Shown here: positions 23,001 through 32,589 of the stretch, in pieces | Layout: each line of letters begins with the position of its first letter | Position numbering within the stretch: position 1 is the first letter of the stretch | From: Amphiscolops sp. MND2022 | Taxonomy: Eukaryota | DNA: 64,000 bases | Direction of reading: 5' to 3' | Assembly: GCA_964187785.1 (NCBI GenBank) | Contig: OZ076421.1 | Location: 49,042,001 to 49,106,000, forward strand | Position numbers and translations under genes: made by a program | The notes under the pieces: model-generated | What the model was told of the DNA's origin: nothing | The model's input: the letters and a program-made list of their open reading frames with translations, nothing else | Database searches by the model: none

Positions 23001-24196
23001 CGTATATTCCGGCGTATAATCCCCCTCCCCAATTTTGAAAGGGAAATAGTTGATTTACCGTATGCCCCCCTAAATCAAAATGAAAGTTTAATAAGTGTAA
23101 ATTAATGAATTTTCGAGGTATAAATTTTCAATACTCAGGGACTAAAATCGGAGTCATCATCTGTCATTTCCTCTGGCTCTGAAATTTCTTCGAAGAGAAA
23201 ATCAACTGCAACGTCATTCAACTCGTCATAATATGGGTGAATAGTGCCTTCTTCAGAGATTCAAAAGTCATGCCAAAATTTTGATTCTGAAAAAACTGTC
23301 TTCGTTTTATGTTAGTTGTATAAGCCCCCTCCCCAAACTTTTGACCACCGATAATTAAAAAAGGGGGGCTTATACGCCAGCATATACGGTATATAAAAAA
23401 CTGGGTGTAAGTCTCCTTTCTTTTTCCAGATTCTTCTTTGACCAAACAATTTGCTCACAGTGGGGTAACAACAACGAACAAGATTGGCACCAATAGTGTT
23501 TCATCGTCTTGTTCCAAAGGAATTGGAGACATGGCGGGAGAAAACAGTCTCAAAATTCTGCTCAAATGTCCCAATGGCGAGCGAAGGACTATCAACATCG
23601 CCGCATCCGCATCGCTCAAGGTTACAGTCATAGATGACCTCGTTATTGTTAGAAAAAAAAAGATTTTCCGGCATTTTCAGCCAAAAACGACATGCTTGAA
23701 AACCGCTGAAAAGCAACTATTTCAATACAAACTTCCTTTATGGAAAAAAATTGACCGAAGATACTTGGAATATTTTTATCAATGACACCTGAAAATCCCG
23801 TCAATCCATTTTCTTAACCCTAAATGGACAATGGGACGATTTCGTATCAATTAGTTCCTCGTGGGAAAATTATTGAGTTACAGTTCTAGATGAGAATACC
23901 TTTTTAGGGTTAATAGCGCTCATTATATACAGAGCAAATGCTTTGTGACAAAGTAACTGAATCCATGTGTCATTGAGCATTAAGAAAAGAGGTTTATTCA
24001 ATTCATGTGTTAATGTTTCATTGTTGTTTTGCAGCTCTTCTTCTGTGGGTGTGGCAGTCTGGGCTACTCTGACGTGCTGTACGAGTTCTCCACCCACTTC
24101 CCCAAGAGGGTGCTCAACTGTCTCGACAGGGCCACCTCTCTCTCCGCCCTGGGCATCACTGCCAACTGCATCATATTCGTCGAGTCCAAACTCTAA
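18..24196 (+). CDS. UBXN7: UBX-domain protein, UBXN7-like (UAS C-terminus, UIM, UBX); 5' part lies upstream of the window. Proposed exons: 18-71, 689-783, 1791-1993, 18980-19153, 20198-20408, 22143-22315, 23430-23620, 24035-24196
   Basis: GT-AG exons translated by hand: (G)ELLETYQKLTADGAIKLFSDFINERGSP (UAS tail-like), EEEALKAAIKASLQ (UIM), an acidic/basic linker, and KILLKCPNGERRTINIAASASLK|LFFCGCGSLGYSDVLYEFSTHFPKRVLNCLDRATSLSALGITANCIIFVESKL* (UBX). Six of seven junctions are phase-compatible. The 783->1791 junction is not, so a small exon is missing or a boundary is wrong. Confidence 0.75.
100..466. mobile_element. Tc1/mariner-type MITE
   Basis: Inverted repeat CAGTGCCTCACGAAATTGTAACAATA at 100 and its near-perfect complement ending at 466; TA on the left side only. 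Confidence 0.55.
1791..1993 (+). CDS. UBXN7: UBXN7-like exon with ubiquitin-interacting motif
   Basis: ttttgcag acceptor; NEEEALKAAIKASLQ; phase-1 donor gttagt is compatible with the exon at 18980 (C+CG=Pro). Confidence 0.75.
2594..2738 (+). repeat. Two-copy tandem repeat (~80 and ~65 bp) in the LINE 5' UTR
   Basis: AGCA(G/A)TTGATACCCCCGTCCAATCTCCCTCTCCAACGATT...CTGTTCGACTACACGTATCGTGAGT occurs at 2594 and 2674. Confidence 0.85.
2784..3644 (+). CDS. LINE ORF1 protein (PHD finger, coiled coil, RRM-like C-terminus)
   Basis: CGKC..CVQCDTC..WFHQQC..FWKCDEC; EIRISGIPE and RLGKY..RSILVKL motifs typical of CR1-group ORF1. Confidence 0.9.
   Translation: MMKYPCGKCKKECRKNCVQCDTCNVWFHQQCTSIPASVMAHLGEVKGLFWKCDECLEANPIDCLKTSIDKELQALKSSFEEMKHSISVASQAPKLEPKSFADAVSHSLKKLPTVKKIKSKDEYGKEIRISGIPELMKPKSSDIDLKQNERPSKSDIFAHDEKYTQETLGHIGLTSGDEIASTNRLGKYDPKSKHPRSILVKLKNEYIAEKASAHAASLKSFEGKYEGNKFTVYISRSLTPQERDTENAILKKRRELISSGCDPSHLRIKNLELYQDGKKVDMPISV
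3645..6509 (+). pseudogene. LINE ORF2 (AP endonuclease + reverse transcriptase), frameshifted near 4140-4190 and 4440-4495
   Basis: FNIRSL, VSETW, GDFN, LDLIF, NHYPV (APE); GPDNLP, NYRPVSLL, QYGFR, DFEKAFDRVDH, GVPQG, AADD, KDLG (RT). Confidence 0.9.
6559..6590 (+). repeat. (AAT)n microsatellite, LINE 3' tail
   Basis: About 10 perfect AAT units directly after the LINE 3' UTR. Confidence 0.95.
6974..7288. mobile_element. pogo/Tigger-type MITE, 315 bp
   Basis: TA + CCGTATTCCT(C/T)CGAAT inverted repeats + TA. Confidence 0.85.
7929..8480. other. GA-rich low-complexity tract (Ser-rich 183-aa ORF on -, Glu-rich frame with one stop on +)
   Basis: 15-bp repeats GAGGAGACAGGGGAC and (GAG)n runs; no recognisable domain. 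Confidence 0.4.
10473..14591 (-). CDS. Spliced SET (Suv4-20/KMT5B-like) - C2H2 finger - tyrosine recombinase - SANT/Myb-like protein. Exons 14591-12677, 12414-12184, 12083-11638, 11536-11204, 11058-10473
   Basis: DFSLFGS..IMLGPASFINHCCKPN..EEIFVYYGPDYFGPQNQDCRCEIC; CLICEK..HFKSHH; YR motifs VRSGPL (R), HKTG (K), NSVRK (R), AHS (H), KHY (Y); PWTEQEKEAC tail. Four phase-compatible GT-AG introns (262, 100, 101, 145 bp). Apparent frameshifts in an A9 run near 14500 and in the last exon. Confidence 0.85.
15557..15636 (+). ncRNA. tRNA-derived Pol III unit (SINE head or pseudo-tRNA)
   Basis: A box TGGCATAGTGG, B box GAGTTCAAATCC, T6 terminator; no convincing cloverleaf. Confidence 0.5.
16998..17076 (+). 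repeat. (AAT)n microsatellite, ~26 units
   Basis: Perfect trinucleotide run. Confidence 0.97.
21477..21549 (-). pseudogene. tRNA-like sequence (tRNA pseudogene or SINE head)
   Basis: GGGGCAGTTGGTAG D-loop/A box and GGTTCGAACCC T-loop/B box; the acceptor stem and a canonical 5-bp/7-nt anticodon arm do not form. Confidence 0.6.
22358..22531. mobile_element. Tigger/pogo-type MITE, 174 bp
   Basis: TA + CAGTC(A/G)AACTCGGATAA inverted repeats + TA. Confidence 0.85.
23000..23389 (-). mobile_element. pogo-type non-autonomous element, 390 bp, with a transposase C-terminal remnant
   Basis: TA + CCGTATAT(TCC/GCT)GGCGTATAA inverted repeats + TA; the minus strand reads LFEEISEPEEMTDDDSDFSP*. Confidence 0.85.
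23430..23620 (+). CDS. UBXN7: UBXN7-like exon, N-terminal half of UBX domain
   Basis: Polypyrimidine tract + CAG acceptor; KILLKCPNGERRTINI; phase-0 donor. Confidence 0.8.
24035..24196 (+). CDS. UBXN7: UBXN7-like last coding exon, C-terminal half of UBX domain
   Basis: ttttgcag acceptor; 53 codons including YEFSTHFPKRVL (UBX FPR-type loop) ending in TAA. Confidence 0.85.
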   Translation, partial: LFFCGCGSLGYSDVLYEFSTHFPKRVLNCLDRATSLSALGITANCIIFVESKL

Positions 24197-25539
24197 ACAA
24201 CCCCACACCCCCACTCCACCCCTCCCTCATCAGTGAATTATACCACCCCTCCCCCCCCCCCATTCATTCATTGTGTGAGGTACATGCATAAAAGCGTGTT
24301 ATACTCTGTCGACCTTAAGTTGTTGTCCTTCTGTGTTAGGCCAGAGAGGTTGGCTGCTATTCAAAGTCGGAACCTCAATCCAGTCCGAGACCATCGCATT
24401 GCGAACGGTCACATCCACATCCGGATGTTGAACTTTTGAATTGTACTCCTGCATCAGGTACATATCCAAAGATGGCAGTTGACAAAGTAACGTATCGGGT
24501 GCCCTATGACGGTTCACGGGTTCCTTCTTTAGACATAACGTAAATAATAGCCGAAACAAATAGCATCAAGTTGAAGTCATTATTCACTGAAATATCTGGC
24601 CAAAAATGGATGATTTGTCTTCGACATAATCATGAAAGTTACGGGTCTAATTTATTTGCGTCTACTTTTGAAATGACGAGTTGTATCTCAATCTGGCTGC
24701 TTCTAAAATTAGTTGCTCCTAAAACTACTGGTCAAAAAAATCCAGATCAGCGACTTTTTTCGAGTTATTATTTGAAGAGTTTAGCATATTTGCTGTATGG
24801 CTCGGTCGCTGCGCTCCCTTCGCCAAGTCGCTCCTGCCTTTAGGGCACTAGGAGTAATTGAACATAGCTGACTACGTCATCGTAATTTGCTATCGTAACA
24901 TGTCGATAAATTAGAAGCAACTAGCAATTGAAGAAATTTAATTAGAAATAACTCGAATTTTCTATTAGAAGCAAATAAATTATTTATATACTACAAGTAT
25001 TTGATAGAGATAGATTTGATCAAAGTGTAGATAAAACCGTGTAATCACGTTTTGAAAGTTCGACATCATCAGTCAATTATCGAAAAAGATCAACTCACCA
25101 AGCTGTTTTTATTCTCTGCCATTCCAATTGTAATGAACTTCTTGAACTTTATGAAATCAAAATTCTTTGTACAATTGCATTCATTCACGAGTAACGGAAT
25201 TTCAATCAAAAAGCAGAAACGGAAGGTTTGGCCCAGCGGAAGAGATGTTGGGTATAGCTTTTAACCTAATATTATACTGTATATAACTATATCTTATAAT
25301 TATATATTTACTGTATGTATAAATTGTGAATAATTATATACAGTTTATATAAAAACTTTTTCTCTTATTCATAATTACACTAAAATAAGGACCGCGCGTA
25401 CTGAAACCGTGATATGTTGTAAAGAGATATAAAACTTTTTGCCCTTAGTACATGGAGGGCGTGCCAGTGAAAACAGTTTGGGTGTCAGTAGGCTGCAAGC
25501 TGCAGAGCCTCCTTACAGTGTCAATAGCGGTCCCATAAA

Positions 25540-25870
25540 ATAAATTTGGAAAACATCGGTAAGTGGAGGGTAATTTATAAATTAGGACAGTGTATCTCAA
25601 ATTTTATTGATCGTCGGAAAATATATGGTTTCATGGTAAGCACCCGAGGGATTGTCAGATTTATGACAGCCCTCCCTCGTGAACTATAGCACTGATGGAT
25701 GACTCTACTGTTGCTTGTTGGCGGCGTGTCGCTCTGCAGCCTCTGAGACAGAGGACGGAACTACGTAGAAGGGCAAAACTTATCTTGGTTCTAATGTAGC
25801 TAATCGCGTCGGCGTAGCTTTCTGATCCTTTTTCGTTGATTTTTGCTGCTAGTCGGGTAATTACTTTTGT
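25540..25870 (-). mobile_element. 5'-truncated CRE-clade (RLE-type) non-LTR retrotransposon 3' end
   Basis: ITRLAAKINEKGSESYADAISYIRTKISFALLRSSVLCLRGCR matches the conserved CRE ORF C-terminus; 3' UTR extent is approximate. Confidence 0.7.
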
Positions 25871-26059
25871 GGCTGATAAAAACTGTATATAAATGAACTG
25901 CATCTACAAATATTTTTTAACCTTGGAAAATATATGTTGCTTTTCTTCATCGATTCCACGATGCGATGAACATACCAGCACAGAGTTCGAATGCTGCTTG
26001 TCTCTTGGCTCCCCAAATCAAGGAAATCAAAACTATATTTCATTAATATTAATATTAAC

Positions 26060-26760
26060 TGTACTTAGCTAATACCTTATTTTTACACTGTTCCATTTAT
26101 GTTTTTAAATTTTGTGCCGTGAAAAACCTTGACACCATAGATTCTGCGATTCGGCGAGAATTATCTTTTGTTTGGGCAATCTTCAGACATGTCGTGTCGA
26201 ATCGTCATTGATCTTAGCAGAAGCTTGTACGAATCACAAATGAAAGATTTAAAACTCGTTGACTCTTGTAACGCTACATTTGGCACAATTACTATAAACT
26301 ATGCCTCGATGCAAGCGGCCATGCAAAATGATCGGAATAAACGCAAGCGTTTTTCGTCACCAATGTCAAGAGCGAAACGTCTAGTGACTATGACCTAATT
26401 CACCCTATGACGCACCAGTTGCATTCCAAGATTCCATGTATGGCGTTACCATGTCTCAGTCAGCTTCTGATATGTTATCCATTTTTGACGAAAATGAAAT
26501 TCTCACATGTTTGTAAGCGTCCGAAGTTTTACAATTTGTAGGTTTCTTGACACCAACTTGAAAATTGTTTTCGGCCCGAACGTCCTGAACGATTTCAAGA
26601 ACTGGCGAAATAGTGCTAGGATGAAAGAAGTAGGAAGTTCGAGACGAATGTTTGTACAACAGAGCCTTCTGCAGAGAAAATAGTGAGTTTGGCCAAAGTT
26701 CACAAAACATGGCCTATATGTGGAAAGAATGGGGATACTGAGCTGTTAAAAATGCAGTGT
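26060..26760 (+). pseudogene. Relic related to array cassette A and to the Tudor-like region at 57.9 kb
   Basis: 26060-26250 aligns by eye with the array segment GTACTTACCTAATACC...GAAAAACCTTGACACCATAG...ATCGTCATTGATCT..CACAAATGAAGATTT; 26690-26745 matches 57930-57985. Confidence 0.7.
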
Positions 26761-28199
26761 GTTATTCTTTTTAGAACCTTTACTACAGACATAAGAAGTC
26801 TAAGATTTTAACAGCAAAGTCGTCTTTATTTCAAGTCCGTTTAGCTAGCTAGTTCTAAGTCTAATCTCGCTGAGATCTCAGTTAGTTCTTTTTCGAGAGG
26901 AAGACCGTATAGTAGATTAGATTCTAATTTTCTCCGAGCAGATATATTCTATCAAACTAGGGAAGATTATAATCATTTACATTAATAAGAAATGACAGTA
27001 ACAGGATGGATCTGAGAAGCTTGTAACAGGATATATTAAGTGAAGTTTCTTCTAAGTTAATTAGTTTTCAAATAGAATTACATCCATTAATTACTTGGGC
27101 TAAGAGTTCAGGTCTATATCAAGATTATAGAATCTTTGAGGACATGCGCCATGGCATCACAATCAACCGGGAATTTGAAGAATTAAAAATTACATATATG
27201 CACTTTGGGTTTGAGGAGTTCTAAAGTTTTGTTTCAGATGTTATATGCATGGGTTTGTTTCATATGTGGTATTCATGAGTTTCGTTCTGAAATGTACTAT
27301 ACTTAAGGAGTGAGAACAACCTGAGACGATTTGACTTCTTACTTCATAGACGATTCAATTGGTGCAAAAGGATTCAGTTTCTTTCAGTTATGTTGACTGA
27401 CAGTTTTGTTCAAGTTATTATTGACAACTTGTTCACTATTTCATGTTCTTTTTTTGTATCAGCCATCGGCTTGTTTGAAAAAGAAAGTTCATCAACATGA
27501 GTTAGTCAGAATTGAAAACTTTCTCAAGATGAAGAATTAAAGCGTGATGTTGTCAATGAGTTGTGAACCAACAGTGGCGGGTGTTTGAACCAAAAGTGAA
27601 GAAGTTTTGAAAAGTCAAGGTTCTAGTGAGAGTTCATTTTCAACAAAAGTGACGAGTAGAGCGGAAGCAAAATCTTAGAAGTTGTTCGACATGGAACTTG
27701 TTCATTTTTGAAGTGTTTCAAACTCAAAAATGTTGACCATGAGTTGACCAAAAAAAAAACATTCCTCTTTTACGTTTTTTGAAGAAAATGTTTTTGTACT
27801 ATAAGAAGTTTTGTACTGAAAAAAAGTGCAATAAAAATGGAATATGCTCAATTTTTTGGGGAAGAAAATTCTTAGGATTTTTACATGATTATACCCAGCA
27901 TGAAATACAATTGATATTTTCAAAGATTAAGTTAGATTACAAATTTTGGGTATGAGATAATTACAATGTTGTGATTACAAGTTGGTGTTAAAATAAATTA
28001 TACTATAATACGTTGTGGTTAGATAGAAGTTAATAGCATCGTGGGGGGTGGGGTTTAAAAGATTATACGAGAGATAATTACTATGGTTGTTAGAAAGTAA
28101 AATTGTGGTTATGCGAAGATAAAGTTATTACAAAGTTTATATTTAGTTACAAGTTATTAGTTCAGTTTGAAATACTTTTATTGACGGGTGTTGGAACTG

Positions 28200-31100
28200 T
28201 TGACTGGTAGTTAGAAAGTCGATCAGGAGTGAAACAGTGTGGGCTGTCGACCAGAGTGGCGATGGTGACGGGTAGTGTTGACCAGAGATGGAGCAAAGTG
28301 ACGATGGTGACCAGAATTGTTGACCATAGTGATGAGGCGATGGATGATGTTGACCATCAAAAGAAGTGCATGAGGCAGTGAAGTGTTTCAGTTGTATAGA
28401 AGCTCAGGAGGAGTCATCAATGGAAAACATCTGCAAGCATCATCAAAGAAAGATGAAGGAATGAGAAGAGATGTATCCAGAGAGTGATGATAGGTAATCA
28501 TGAGTGAAAGTGCGAAAGTTTTTTTTTAATTATTGATAGAAAGGATGTTGTTGCGGAGGATGTTTTTGATGGGCATGTGCGTCGTAATACGCAAGTGTCT
28601 GTGTATATCCAAATTCTTGCAATGTGTTATTAAAAGCAGTCATTGCTTCGGCGATTGCAGCGCGGAAGTAGTGATCTTTTGAGGTAAAGGAAGAATTGAG
28701 AACGAAAACAACGTTCGATGAAGTCTCACAGATGGCTATTTTAGGTCCATCTAAATGTAGGCGGGAATATTGTTCGAACGTAATTTTCTTCTTTTTTATT
28801 TTGGTGATATTATGAAGAACTTTGAGAAAAACAAAAAGTGATTTATGTGTGACTTTATTTTTGTTGATCTCCAATGAAACTCTGAATGCCATTGTATGGA
28901 ATATGGCGGCCTTTAAGCTATGAACTTTGGAGAGGTTCGATGTTACTGTGACAATATCTTCTGTTTCAGAGTCGGGGGCCAACATTTTGACGAAAGTCTT
29001 GATAGTATGGCGAAATAGAAGTGGGTGTGTTCTTGAGGAATGTGGATGGAGGAAGAAGAAGAAAGTTTCTAAAACAAAAGAAGTATAAGAAAATTGACAG
29101 CGACGAGGCAATATTTGTACTATAAAAGTGGTGCTAAAATGTAACATGTTTTGGTGTTAGTATAGATTGTTTCTAAGACGTCTTGTATCATAGTTTATAT
29201 GTATGATTGGCAAAGAAATGTTAATGTTTTCATGTACTATAGTAAGAAGAAAGGATATGTAAGGTAGTTCAAAAGATGTACCATAATGTACTAGAGGGAT
29301 GAAAATTAAGAAATTTGTATTACCTGTATAGGGTTTTAATGGAGATCAATTGAGTTAATAAGAGTAGTTATGGATTCTGAAGCAGATTGTATTGCTTGGG
29401 ATGATTGCGTGATGCGTTGAGAGTCGAGATCAAGTGTTTGTAGGAGTTTGCTTGTTCTGTCATAGCAGTGGAGTATGTGTGTAAGTGTGGTGATAGGTGT
29501 TCCAGAAGGATGTCGTTTAAATGGGTCTAATAAGTTAGTAATATCACGAAGTGTTCGATGATCTCAGCTTTTTGAGATAGAGAGAAAGGACGGATCAGAT
29601 TCGTCTGTTTTTAAATCGTAGATAGACGGGCGAAGAAAGTTGAATTGCAGAGAAAAGATTTTGACGCCATTGTCAAGCCAATATTGGCATGGACCCATGA
29701 TTTTGAAGCTATAGATGTAAGAAAGTCTTGATTTTTGTCATATAGGCGGAATGAATATTCAGTAGGGTGCATATAGAGAGAAGTTAGTTGTGCTTTGAAG
29801 ATGAAATCATCGTGAGAAAGAAGTGGGATCAAATGATCATCAGGATATATTGGCGTCATCATCACCAAAAGAGGATATATTGGCGAGGAAAGAAAGACAG
29901 GTTCTTTCATAATTTCATATCGTTTTTTCGGAGGTGGTGTTGCGTGTGTGCGATCAGTATCATCAAGTGGAGCAGGAACTTTGAAGTATCGTGTTCGATT
30001 TTAGCTTGTTCCATTTGTTCTAGAGATTTGGTAGTCATTGGTTCAGAAGTATCGATATATAAAACAGGAGAATCATTTAAAAGAGGTCTTGTTGTGAGAT
30101 CGGCTGTAGCCTGTTCAAGTTGATTTTGTAGGTCAATTTGTGCTTGTGTCATTTTGTTTGTGATTAGAGAGAAAACATCAACAATCACAGTGGTATCTAT
30201 TTCAGGAAGCCTTATCACTTTGAAAGTACTATAAAATACACTAACGAGTCGATTTGTCAACTTTAGAAGGAGAGTTTTTGAGGACTGTGATAATCACAGG
30301 TGGACTGTTTACTTGAGGAATATGAACCTCGACAGGGGTTTCAAGAGAGGAAGGAGTTGCAATCGTGACAAGATTTATTTTTGAAGAAGTAAAAGAAGAT
30401 ATTTGTAAAGGAGTGAGTAGAGAAGTGTTGAAGAGGAGAGTTGGCAAGCAGACTGAAATGGAGTTCAAGAGGATGGTGGAGGAAAAGGATAATTTACCCG
30501 TGAATAGATTTTAATAGGTGTATCCGTATTAGAGGTGACAGGAGCATTAGTTAAGGTGTCACGTGGAGTGGCTAAATTGTCATTCGGATGTGAGTTTTTA
30601 TGAAAATAATTAGGAAGTGAAGGATGTTGTTCAGAAGGAAGTGTAGATGTTTGAAGAGTAATTTTGGGGTGAGGAAAGTGATGTCTTTTCGGACATAATT
30701 TGAATTTGGACATCTGGAGTTTATTAGGAGGTTTAGTATACATTGACCATTTCTGCAGTAAGAATGTTGAAAAAACCTTGTGCTATAGAACTGAAAAAGG
30801 TAATATTGTGTTTGAGGTGATATTTAATGGAAATTGTTTTGTAGAGTTTGATAAGTGTTATTGTTGCTTGTACGAAAAGAAATGTAGAATATTATATTCC
30901 ACATTGAGTAAGAATACAACAAGGCTATCCAAAAGTGTAATAAAAGCATCGGAAAACCATGTAGGTGTAAAAAGAGGAGTTAGATTTATCAGTTTATCTT
31001 GTAAACCAATACGTAATGTATTGTATGGATTATCTTGAGGTGAATTTGCATCATAATCAGGAGTATTAGATGAAATGAAAGAATAACTTAGAGCTTTGCC

Positions 31101-32125
31101 GAGTAGTTGAAGTGTAGAATCAGAATGTTTCGAAAATAAAATTCTGTTCCAAAATTGATCAAGTTCCGCATTAGAATATATACCAGCATCTTGGGCTGTG
31201 AAAGTGTTAGGGTGTATTGTAGTTTTAATTTGTGTGAACATTAGTGGAGGTTTGCGTTTAATAGGTTCAGGTCCAAGAATGTAAAAATGTCATCAGAATC
31301 AGGATCTAGTTCAATACTGTTTCTTGGATTATTATCACATGTAATTGGAGTGGCATAGTCATAAGTTTGTCGTGCAATGGGGTCGACGTACATAAGAGTA
31401 TCTTTAAAATGTATAGGTATACGATCAAAGCAACGATCAGCTTTGTATAAAGGAGAAAGAAAATGAGGACAATCATAGAGCCAGGCGGTAGAGCCTTCGA
31501 CGTATAAAAAGTTACTACGATTTCCTGTTGGAAGGAAGTCATCAAGTTGAGGGTTTTGTACTGACATTGCGAGTATTGTAAGAAGTTGATTTCTTTCTAA
31601 TTCACATATTGTATGAAGAGTATTAAGTTCTTGTACAGTCACAGAACGAAAAAAGTGATTAATAGTGTAATCAATTTTGGTCATTATGTGTGCGTCATAG
31701 TCAATTATAGCAAAGTTGTTTGAAACGTTTAATGCAGGAAATACGAATTTGTTATTTGAATTGTCTAATACTATTTTGCCAGAAATATATTCATCAATCA
31801 CAGAGTGAGGATTATGTTGTCCTGTATGCATATTGAAACCATCAGTGTATGTAACAAAAAGATCTGAATATTGTGTAGAATAAAGTGGATCTGGTTTACC
31901 ACAGAATGTTCGAGCTGTAGGATATACTTCAAAACGTGAGAGACTGAGGTTGTTAGGATGTTGTGTATAGGGAGCATAAACATATGGATGTTTTGTACCT
32001 TTAATTCCAGAAGTGGTTTTGGGTTTTTTGAATATGGGGAATGGACAAAAGAATCAGTCAGTTTCAATCCAATATCGATCTTCGATTTTGGTCATACGTC
32101 CGAGGAAGTCTTGTAGTGTAAAAAA
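28200..32125 (-). mobile_element. Decayed 3' part of an env-bearing retroelement (env plus downstream ORF fragments)
   Basis: gB/chuvirus-G-like env fragment followed by several co-oriented broken ORFs and an AATAAA-containing repetitive end; no gag/pol or LTR pair seen. Confidence 0.55.
30858..32125 (-). pseudogene. Envelope glycoprotein fragment, chuvirus-G / herpes gB-like (class III fusogen)
   Basis: FCGKPDPLYSTQYSDLFV, ICELERNQLLTILAMS, WLYDC..CFDRIPI..YVDPI..TPITC, AGIYSNAELDQFWNRILF and a hydrophobic C-terminal stretch; one stop and frameshifts. Confidence 0.7.
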
Positions 32126-32589
32126 TTAAGCAAAAATTTTCGCTAAACCAAACAAGAGTAAGAGGGGTTAGGGTTAGGGTTATTTTTATGATCCTTCATA
32201 TTATCCTTCAATTGTACAGCACCTGCAAACGTTTAAATGCAAAAAGTCAATTTTCAATTTTCATTGTAAAGGGAAGGTTTTTAATTTCAGTTGAGCCACG
32301 AACTAAAAAGAAAATGAAAAGCACATCTTGTAAACTTTTTTTAGTTCACAATAATGATGAGTGGAACCAGTTAGAAAACATCCAGCTGAAGCTCAATAGG
32401 TAACAAATCCAAAGGGTACGCACGTTGCAATAAGTAGAAATCAAAAATAACATTCCATAAAACAAAAAGTGCTGTTTGAAAGTTAACTATTTCTATCGTC
32501 AGTACATTTGATTTTTTCTACACGACTTGTGTACCAATGTAACACTCCCCCATTCTATCGCTTATGCAATATAAAAACTCAAAAGCACA

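Noticed and set aside
24790-24860. Helitron/Helentron end (GCTCGGTCGCTGCGCTCCCTTCGCC...CTAG)
   Set aside because: Suggestive hairpin only; no 5' end or second copy in the window.
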